This document shows positions 1 to 10,900 of a stretch of DNA of 64,000 nt, in pieces; positions within the stretch are counted from its first letter, which is position 1, and each line of letters starts with the position of its first letter. Under the pieces are notes generated by a model. The model did no database searches. It was not told where the DNA came from and worked only from the letters and a program-made list of their open reading frames with translations. This stretch comes from Malacoraja senta (lineage: Eukaryota), in NCBI GenBank assembly GCA_038087875.1, contig JAXLNO010003434.1, positions 62,001-126,000 of the forward strand, in the 5' to 3' direction. Made by a program: the position numbers and the translations under genes.

Positions 1-146
1 CCCCCAATATCGGGAACATTTTTCCTGCATCTAACTGTCCAATCCCTAAAGAATTTTATGTGCGTCTATAAGATCCCCTGTCATGCTAAATTCCAGTGAA
101 TATAAGCCCAGTCAGTCCATTCTTTCATCACATGTTAGTCCTGCCA
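1..146 (-). mobile_element. CR1 LINE fragment (window edge)
   Basis: Matches the RT C-terminal region of the CR1 copies at 27061-28077 and 60491-61117. Confidence 0.7.
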
Positions 147-1296
147 TACTGGGACAATAAATATTTTACTTTTTTATGAACAATATCCTTGATTTTATTG
201 CTTTAAAAAAAAATTCTGTTCCAGTCCCACCACAGAGATTTTTTGCCGTATAATTGTTTGGCTCCTTTCCGCCTTCAATCAAATGAAAGCCAGAGTGGTA
301 AAGAAGCCACTATTCATAGCATTGAGTGTGAGAGTCAGGAAGTCATATGCTGCTTTATGGAACTTCAAAGATAGACACAAAATGCTGTAGTAACTCAGTG
401 GGACAGGCAGCATCTCTGGATAGAAGGAATGGCTGACATTTCTAGTTGAGTCCCTTCAGGCTGAAGAGGAAAGGGAGACATGGAGATAAGGAAGTGTAAG
501 GTATGAAAGAATGACATCAAAGGAGGTGTAGTACAAGGAAAATGTAGAATAGATCATTGTTAGCTAGGAGTAGGTGTGAACGAAGCATACATAGATAATG
601 TTTAATCAGGGGGACAGTCAGACTGGTCGGAGAATAGAACTTCAGATAGGCCACAATAAGAATATTATCGCCATTTCTGGTTGCCCCAATGCAGGATGAA
701 TTTGGAAGCATGGAATTAGTGCAGAGGTGGTTTGCCAGAATGATGCACAGATTAGATATTAGCTAGGAGAGGTTGGACAGACTTAGATTGTAATCGCTAG
801 AATACTGGAGGTTGATACAAGTATATAAAATTATGAGAGGCATAGATGGGATAGAGAGTCAGAACCTTTTCCACAGGGTGTAAATATAAAGTAATGGAGA
901 TCATAGCTTTCAGGTGAGTGGGATATGGTGTAAAGGGCCATGTATTAACAGAAGGCTCAATGAGAGATTTCTGCGCTGATGTTGAGACGGCGCTGCACAT
1001 TTACACCTAGACACAACTTTAAACTGAGCTCATGTCTCTCCTCCCAGCTGAAAAAAAAGACGCATGGTATTACCTCAAATAAGGGCTGGGAAATTATTAC
1101 ACATGCATTGTCCAATTTTTATTACTTAAGCAATAACAAAGTGGACTAAAGAGAGACACAAAAATGTTAGATGGAGCTCTAGGGGCTGGTGGAATCAAGG
1201 GATATGGGGAGAAGGCAGGCATTGATTGGGGACGATCAGCCATGATCACCATGAATGGCGGTGCTGGCTCGAAGGGCCGAATGGCCTCCTCCTGCA

Positions 1297-1505
1297 CCTA
1301 TTTTCTATGCTTCTAAAAAGCTGGAGTAACTCAGCAGGTCAGGCAGCACTTCTGGGAAAAAGGAAAAGGTGACGATTTGTGTCGAGACCCTTCCCGAAAT
1401 GTCACCTATTCCTTTTCCCCAGAAATGCTGCCTGACCCGCTGAGTTACTCCTGCTTTTTGCATCTGCCTACAGTAAAACAAGCATCTGCAGTTCCTTCCT
1501 ACACA
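1297..1505. repeat. Inverted pair of Penelope-derived tail repeats
   Basis: gctggagtaactcagcaggtcaggcagca mirrored by tgctgcctgacccgctgagttactcc around a degenerate gtcgagaccc core. Confidence 0.7.
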
Positions 1506-1699
1506 GGAAAGTAGACTATCTGGTTTATCTAAAACTGCAGTTTGTGGAATTGACTGCATTCTGAATTGTAAAATAGTTATACTTTGAGAAACATCTATTC
1601 GGTTGTAAGATGCTATGTGAAATATGATTTTGTAATTGTTGTCCTTAAAACACCAATATAATCCCTACCATAAAACCTGATCCTGAAACTGTATTCACT

Positions 1700-1877
1700 G
1701 GCAATTAGTGACCAGAACAAGTGGTCTCATTCCCATTGGATCTAGTTATCAGGTTTGTGTATACATGGACCAATAATTAGCTTCACACCAGAGTTCTGTT
1801 AAAAAAGTGCAAGAGATTAAGTTACTGTTGCTGCATTTACTCTGCTGGTTAAATATTGTTGTGGGCGGCTGTTAAAC
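1700..1877 (+). promoter_or_regulatory. Candidate proximal promoter of the MHC class I-like gene
   Basis: Non-repeat DNA upstream of the leader ATG, with ATTGG (1735-1739), CCAAT (1770-1774) and GGGCGG (1863-1868); short motifs, could be chance. Confidence 0.3.
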
Positions 1878-1929
1878 ATGCTTCTTTTTACCTTACTCAA
1901 CACTTACGGTGTGGCCACTGTCTCCTCTG
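1878..1929 (+). CDS. Exon 1, signal peptide MLLFTLLNTYGVATVSS
   Basis: aaacATG, 17 mostly hydrophobic codons ending VSS, G|GTAAAC phase-1 donor matching the alpha1 acceptor (G+AT=Asp); 9 kb upstream so linkage is inferred. Confidence 0.6.
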
Positions 1930-4900
1930 GTAAACAATGCTCCTTCTACTTGTGAACTTTGAGGAAACAACAAAACTGATTCTATTTACTGTTGCACAGT
2001 ACCTGTGTTTGCCCTGGGTACATTGTCTTGGATGTATTAATTGAATGATTGAATTGAATGTATTAATAATTTTGGGTAACGGTCATTCCTGAGTTGTAAA
2101 AGCTCCTGTGGGAAGTTATATATACTATGGTTACCTTGGCAATCCATTGAACAGAGGAACTGAATACAGGGAAATAATGAACATAGAACATAGGACAATA
2201 CAGCATAGGAGCAGGTCCTTCAGTCCTTCAGTCTGAAGAAGGGTCTCGACCTGAAACGTCACCTATTCCTTTTCTCCAGAGATGCTGCCTGCCCCGCTGA
2301 GTTACTCCAGCATTTTGTGTCTACCTTCGGCCCACAATGTCTGTGCCGAACAAAATAAACTAATCTCCTCTACCTGTATGTGATCTGTATCCGGCCATTC
2401 CCTGCCTATCTATGTACCTATCTAAAAGCCTCTGAAATGTAACTGTTATATCTGCCACCACCATCACCACCACTGGCAGCGCGTTACAGATGTCCACCAC
2501 CCTCCACATAAAACAACTTGCTCCGCTCATCTCCTTTGAACATTGCCTCTCCAACCTTAAAGTGATGTTCTCTGGTCTTCAACATTTCCACCCTGGGAAA
2601 AAGGTTCTGGCTGTCCACTCTGTCTGTGCCTCTTACCATGTTGTGCACTTTCATCAGGTCTCCCTTCAACCTCCAGTATACAAGAGAAAACAATCCATGT
2701 TTGTCCAATCTGTTCTTGCACTAATACCTCAGACAGAATTCAGGTAAACCGGCGATGTGCACTTTCAATAAAGAAGTGACTTCTGCATTAGTAGGTGTTC
2801 CACCTCTCCAAGATTTCCTCAGCTGGTGTTAGACAGCCACATGATGGTAAAATTCAGCCTGCATTAAATGACCAATCAATGTTGTGTTAATGTTGTTGCC
2901 ATCTTGTTGTTTGTTACATGCTTCCTGTCCTACAGACCCTATCCATTACCCCACCACCACTTCCATATAACCATATAACCATATAACCATTACAGCACGG
3001 AAAGAGGCCATCTCGGCCCTTCAAGTCCGTGCCGAACACTTTTTTTTTCTTCCCCCTTCTTTCTTCTTACTTCCCCCTAGTCCCATCTACCTGCACTCAG
3101 ACCATATCCTTCCATTCCTTTCTCGTCCATATACCCATCCAATCTATTTTTAAAGGATAAAATCGAACCTGCCTCCACCACTTCCACTGGAAGCTCATTC
3201 CACACAGCTACCACTCTCTGAGTAAAGAAGTTCCCCCTAATGTTCCCCCTAAACTTCTGTCCCTTAATTCTCAAGTCATGTCCCCTTGTTTGAATCTTCC
3301 CTACTCTCAATGGGAAAAGCTTATCCACGTCAACTCTGTCTAACCCGCTCATCATTTTAAAGACCTCTATCAAGCCCCCCCTTAACATTCTGCGCTCCAA
3401 AGAATAAAGACCTAACTTGTTCAACCCTTCTCTGTAACTTAGTTGTTGAAACCCAGGCAACATTCTAGTAAATCTCCTCTGTACTCTCTCTATTTTGTTG
3501 ACATCCTTCCTATAATTAGGCGACCAAAATTGTACTCCATACTCCAGAATTGGCCTCACCAATGCCTTGTACAATTTTAACATTACATCCCAAATTCAAT
3601 ATTCAATGCTCTGATTTATAAAGGCCAGCAAACCAAAAACTTTCTTACCACCCTATCTACATGAGATTCCACCTTCAGGGAACTATGCACAGTTATTCCT
3701 AGATCCCTCTGTTCAACTGCATTCCTCAATTCGCTACCATTTACCATGTATGTCCTATTTTGATTTGTCCTGGCGAGATGTAGCACCTCACCTTTATCAG
3801 CATTAAACTCCATCTGCCATCTTTCAGCCCACTCTTCCAAATGGCCTAAATCTCTCTGTAGACTTTGAAAATCTACTTGATTATCCACAACACCACCTAT
3901 CTTAGTATCATCTGCATACTTACTAATCCAATTTTCCACACCATCATCCAGATCATTGATGTACATGACAAACAACAGTAGACCCAACACAGACCCCTGA
4001 GGCACCCCACTGGTCACCGGCCTCCAACCTGACAAACAGCCATCCACCATTACTCTCTGGCATCTCCCATTCAGCCACTCTTGAATCCATCTTGCTACTC
4101 CACCATTAATACCCAACAATTGAATCTTCTTAACCAACCTTCCATGAGGAACATTGTCAAAGGCTTTACTGAAGTCCATATAGACAACATCCACTGCTTT
4201 ACCCTCATCAATTTCCCTAGTAACCTCTTCGAAAAATTCAAGAAGATTAGTCAAACATGACATTCCAGGCACAAATCCATGTTGACTGTTCCTAATCAGA
4301 CCCTGCTTATCCAGATGCTTATATATATTATCTCTAAGTATCCTTTCCATTAATTTGCCCACCACTGACGTCAAACTAACAGGTCTATAATAGCTAGGTT
4401 TACTCTCACAACCCTTTTTGAACAACATGCGCTGTACGCCAATCCTCCGGCACTATTCCCGTTTCTAATGACATTTGAAATATTTCTGTCATAGCCCCTG
4501 CTATTTCTACACTAACTTCCCTCACTGTCCTAGAAAATATCCTGTCAGGACCTGGAGACTTATACATTTTCATATTTTTCAAAAGTGTCCGCACCTCCTC
4601 TTCTTTGAATCTCATAGTTTCCATTGCTACTCTGCTTGTTTCCCTTAGCTCACATAATTCCATATCCTTCTCCTTGGTGAATACCGACGAAAAGAAATTG
4701 TTCAATATCTCCCCCATCTCTTTTGGCTCTGCAGATAGCTGTCCACCCTGACTCTCTAATGGACCGATTTTATTCCTTGTTATCATTTTGCTATTAATAT
4801 AGCTGTAGAAACCCTTTGGATTTACTTTCACCTTACTTGCCAAAGCAACCTCATATCTTCTTTTAGCTTTTCTAATTTATTTCTTAATATTCTTTTTACA

Positions 4901-7900
4901 TTCTTTATACTCCTCAAGCACCTCATTTACTCCATGGTGCCTATAATTATTGTAGATGTCTCTCTTTTTCCGAACCAATTGTCCAATTTCCCTTGAAAAC
5001 CATGGTTCTTTCCAATTTTTACTATTTCCTTTCAACCGCACAGGGACATAAAGATTCTGTACTCTTAAAATGTCACCTTTAAATGACCTCCATTTCTCTA
5101 CTACATCCTTCCCATAAAACAACATGTCCCAATTCACTCCTTTTAAATCCTTTCGCATCTCCTCAAAGTTAGCCTTTCTCCAAACAAAAATCTTAACCCT
5201 AGGTCCAGTTCTGACCCTCTCCATAATTATATTGAAACTAATGGTATTGTGATCACTGGACCCGAAGTGCTCCCCAACGCCTACCTCCGCCACCTGCCCT
5301 GTCTCATTTCCTAACAGGAGGTCCAGCACTGCCCCTTCTTTAGTAGGTACCTCTATGTATTGCTGCAAACAACTATCCTGCACACATTTTACAACTCCAA
5401 ACCATCCAGCCCTTTTACAGAATGTGTTTCCCAGTCTAAGTGTGGAAAATTGAAATCTCCCACAATCACTACCTTGTGCTTACTACTAATATCTGCTATC
5501 TCGTTACATATTTGCTCTTCCAATTCTCGCTCCCCTTTGGTGGTCTATAATACACCCCTATACGTGTTGCTACACCTTTCCCATTTCTCAGTTCCACCCA
5601 AATAACCTCCCTAGACGAGCCCTCTACTCTATCCTGCCAAAGCACTGCTGTAATATCTTCCTTGACAAGCAATGCAACACCCCCATCTCTTGCCCCTCCA
5701 ATTCTATCACCCCTGAAGCAACGAAATCCTGGAATATTTAGTTTCCAATCACAGCCCTCCTGCAACCATGTTTCACTGATCGCCACAACATCATACTTCC
5801 AGGTGTCAATCCATGCTCTATCCACGACTTCCCCAGAAGACGATAATGAGATTTAAGAAGCTTGAGGATAGGCACGTGGATATGTAGGGACTTGAGGGAT
5901 ATGAATCATGTACAAGCATGAAGAGTTTAGTTTAACTTCACATCATGTTCGGCACAGACATTGTGGCTCAGCTCTAACCCATTACACCCTTAATGAACAA
6001 AAATATATCAATCTCAATCTGGAAATGTTCATGTGGGCAACATATTCAACAGATTACAGAATCGAGAACCAGAAGACATAGGTTTAAATTGAGGGGGGGG
6101 GAAGATTTAATGGGAATCTGATGAGCAATTTCTTCCCACACAATGCTTCCTTTCTAACTGTTCTGACAATCGTCAAGGCTTGGAGATTACAAACCTACTC
6201 GTCCTGAAAGTTTAATCCCATTGTTATCAGATGACAGTAAATATAATGGCGATTCCCCTGTTGAAATAATAACATATAAAACAAAAATCCTTGGCTGTGG
6301 ATTGTTTTGGGAAGTCACATGGATTTTATCATTACTGTATTCCACTAGCCTTCTTATGTTTCTCCTGGTAAGACTGAAACAGACACTTCTAACTCTCCCT
6401 TTGGGGCCCCTTCTCACCTCACTTTGACACTGAACTTTGACACTGTCTGGTGTGCTGCATGTAAACTTAATCACAGAACAAATACTGCTTATTCATGTAG
6501 AAACAAGAAAATGCAGATGCTGGTTAATACACATAAAATGCTGGAGTAATTCAGCAGGTCAGGCAGTATGTCGGGACAACATGGATAGGTGATGTTTCAG
6601 TTTAGACATCAGTTTAGATGTGTAAGAAGGAACTGCAGATGCTGATTTAAACCGAAGATAGACACAAAAAGCTGGAGTAACTCAGCGGGACAGGCAGCAT
6701 CTCTGGAGAGACGAAATGGGTGATGTTTTGGGTCTAGACCCTTCTTCAGACTGGTGATGCAGATGCTGGTTTACACTGAAGATAGACACAAAAAGCTGGA
6801 GTAAATCAGGAAGTCAGGCAGCATCGCTGGAGAAAAGGAATAGATGGCGTTTCAGGTCAAGGGACTTCTTCAGACAAAGTCGGGGGTATATCTTTTATTA
6901 ATTTGTTCTATGTACCTTTTCGTATCGCTTGGTTCCCTGTCTCCTGATTCTCAGTCTGAAGAAGGGTCTCGACCCGAAACGTCACCTTTTCCTTTTCTCC
7001 GGAGATGCTGCCTGACCCACTGAGTTACTCCAGTATGTTGTGTCAAGTTTCAGTTTAGACCCTGTTTATTATAGTCTCCTCCCAGACCAAGTCATACATT
7101 GACACCCTCCCACAACCACCCCCCCACCCCCACCCCCCCATCCACCCCCCCCCCACCCCACCCAAGCCTTGATAGTCGGGACTCACAAGTAAGGTCTTCT
7201 TTACACTTACTGCTCCGATTTACAGAATCCCAATGTCCTCATAAGTCAGAAGTGTCCCATTCCATGCAGAGATTTCCCACCAGATGGGCGTTTCAGGGTT
7301 GCAGCTCATAGAGATGGTGCTTATGAGGACCTGGACTCAATCCCGATCTCTACTACAACCTGTGTGGCATTTTTATTCTTTCCCTGAAACCATGTGTGCT
7401 TCCTCTGGTTATTCCAGTTTCTCCCAATATTCCAAAGATGCCTGGGCTGAGAGGTAAATTGGCCAGTGTGAATTGATCGTACATACTGTGACCTCCATAA
7501 TGTTTCGGACAAAGACCCATCATTTATTTATTTGCCTCTGTACTCCATAATTTGAGATTTGTAATAGAAAAAAATCACATGTGGTTAAAGTGCACATTGT
7601 CAGATTTTTAAAAAGGCAATTTTTTAATCATTTTGGTTTCACCATGTAGAAATTACAGCAGTCAATTTACACAAAATACATAGTCTGCCCCATTTTAGTG
7701 CACCATAATGTTTGGGACACAGCAATGTCATGTAAATGAAAGTAGTCATGCTTAGTATTTTGTTGCATATCCTTTGCATGCAATGACTGCTTGAAGTCTG
7801 TGATTCATGGACATCGCCAGTTGCTGGGTGACTTCTCTGGCGATGCTCTGCCAGGCCTGTATTGCAGCCTGTGCTTGTTTTGGGGGCTAGTCCCCATTCA

Positions 7901-10900
7901 GTTTTCTCTTTGGCATATCAAAGGCATGCTCAGTTGTGTTCAGATCGGGTGATTGACTTGGCCACTCAAGAATTAACAATTTTTTAGCTTTGAAAAACTC
8001 CTTTGTTGCTTTAGGGATCATTGTCTTGCTGTAGTATGAATCGCTGGGCAATGTGTTTTGAGGCCAATGTGTTTGAACTTGAGCATATAGGATGTGTCTA
8101 TACACTTCAGAATTCATTATGCTGCTACCATCAGTAGCTGAATGGTCAACAAAGCTAAGTTAGCCAGTACCTTCAGCAGCCATACATGCCCAGCCCACAA
8201 CACCCCCACCACCGTGTTTCACAGATGAGGTGGTCTGCTTTGGATCTAGGGCAGTTCCTTCTCTCCTCCATACTTTGCTCTTGCCATCACTCTGATATGT
8301 TAATCTTTGTATCATCTGACCAGAAGACCTTTTTCCAGAACTGTGGTTGCTCTTTTAAGTACTTCTTGGCAAACTGTAACCCGGCCATCCTGTTTTTGCG
8401 GCTAAACAGTGGTTTGCATCTTGCAGTGCAGCCTCTGTATTTCTGTTCATGAAGTCTTCTGCGGACAGTGGTCATTGGCAAATCCACACCTGACTCCTGA
8501 TGAGTGTTTCTGACCTGTCAGTCCCTTTGTGATTAGTAAAGGATTGGGGTTTTGTCTTTATTATAGAGAGAAGTCTTCTGTCATCAGCTGTGGAGGTGTT
8601 CCTTGGCCTGCCAGTCTCTTTGCGATTAGTAAGCTCACAGTGCTCTCTTTCTTCTTAATGATGTTCCAAACAGTTTGATTTTGGTAAGCCTAAGGTTTGG
8701 CTGATGTCTCGAACAGTTTTATTCTTGTTTCTCAGTCTCATAAAGAAGACAGAGGTGATATTGTTTGGCCCCAATGGCTGCCGTGAACCTCCCCTTGTTG
8801 ACTTGGGTCCACTGGCACGGTACGTGAAGTCAACAGTTTTGAACCTAGGTTTTAGGATGGACAGTGATTTTAAATTAGATCATCAAATAGGCGCGGTGGT
8901 TAAGTCCAGCTTCTTTCACCTAAGGAAGCTGGCAAAGGTGAAGCCCATTCTCGAGCGGCAGCATTTTGAAACAGTAATCCATGCCTTTATTACATCTAGG
9001 CTGGATTACTGTAACGCACTCTATTTTGGAGTTGCACGATCTTCACTGGCTCGTCTCCAGTTGGTTCAAAATGCTGCTGCTCGCCTTTTATCTGGAACTC
9101 GAAAGAGGGAGCACACAACGCCAATTCTGGCCTCCCTACACTGGCTCCCGGTGCACTTTCGGGTTCATTTTAAAATTCTTTTATTTGTTTTTAAATCTCT
9201 AAATGGGCTCGCCCCGCCTTACCTCTCTGAACTGCTCCACCCATACGCTCCTGCCCGGTGCCTCAGGTCAGCTGATCAGCTGCTCCTGGAGGTACCGAGG
9301 TCTAAGCGGAAGCTCAGAGGGGATAGAGCCTTCTCTGTTGCTGCTCCAGCACTCTAGAACACCTTGCCGTTGCACATCAGACAGGCCCCCTCACTGTCCA
9401 TCTTCAAAACCAGTATTAAAACACATTTATATTCCTTGGCTTTTGACACTGCTTGAGACTTTGCTCCTGTTTTAAGTGCTTTTAATGTTTTTAATTTTAT
9501 TGTTTTTACTCTTTCGTTTAATATTTTTATTGTTATGTAATAATTTCTTGTCCATGATTAGTCATGTACAGCACTTTGTTGCAACTGTGGTTGTTTTTAA
9601 AGTGCTCTATAAATAAAGTTATTATTATTATAATGGTCTCTTTTACTTTCATTGGCACAACTCAGGTCCTCCTGTTGATGAACAGCAATAAAAGTTTCCA
9701 AAGGTGATTGAAAGACTGGAGGAAAGACTAGATGCTGAGTTCTCTTATACCTGCATTAAGGAGGCATTTAAATACCCCTGAGCAATTACATACATCTGCG
9801 AAGCCATGTCCCAAACATTATTGTGCCCTGAAATGGGGGGGACTATGTATAAACACAGCTGTAATTTCTACATGGTGAAACCAAAATGGGCAAAAAATGA
9901 ATACATAAGTTTAAAATGAGGGGGGAAAGATTTAATAAGAACCAGAGGCATAGCTGTGGTGGGAGTACTGAATGAACTGCCGGAGAAGGGAGTTCAGGCA
10001 GGTACTATCGCAACATTTAAGAAACATTTAATCTGGTACATGGATAGATAGGTTTAGAAGGATATGGGCCTCCTCAGACAGCCTTGGAGCCCACGTCAAT
10101 GGATATTTCTCAGGTGGATATTGACAGATTCTTGATCAGTATGGGTGTCAAGGGTTATGGGGCGAAAGCAGGGAATGTGGTTGAGAGGGCGAGATAGAGC
10201 AGCCATGATTGAATTAGGCCATTCAGCCGTAGGTCCTGATTCCCTGCTGTATGACTCTTTGACTTTACCTCTCTATGATTTTATAAAATCTCCTTGACGT
10301 TGTCCATTTTCTTAATATAATAAAATATTCTTTGAATTTTGGAATATTGTAACTAGTAGGCTATATCGACATGATAGATAATAATAGATCTTTGAAGATG
10401 GGAAGCAATCCAATAGGATCATTCAATACCTCGACCACAATTGGTGGAATAGGTATCAGAGCCCATCTAGCCAACTCTTGAAGAAGGCTCAATGGTGCAG
10501 CATTAGAGATGCTGCCTTATCGCCCTTACAGCACCAATGCCCAGGTTGGATCCTGACAACGGGTCCTGTCTGTATGGAGTTTGTACATTCTCCACCTGAC
10601 CGGGTGGGTTTTTCCTGAGATCTTCAGATTCTTCCCACATTCCATGACGTACAGGTTTGTAGTTTAATTGACTTGGCGTAGAATGTAAATTGTCCCTTGT
10701 GTGTGTAGGATAGTGTTAGCGTGTGGGGGTTGCTGGTCAGTGTGGACTCAGTGGCCCGAAGGGCCTGTTTCCATGCTGTATCTCTAAGCTAGAAACTAAA
10801 CTAAAGGCTCCTGACACAAATTGTCACCTGATCATTGATGCTGCCTGCCCCACTGAGTTCCTCCAGCACTTGCATCTGCAGGTCCTTGTGACTCCCTTAT

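Noticed and set aside
6319-6367. Alternative phase-1 leader exon (ATG..CCT G|GTAAGA, 49 nt)
   Set aside because: In-frame TAG at 6346-6348 and poor hydrophobicity; 1878-1929 is intact and fits better
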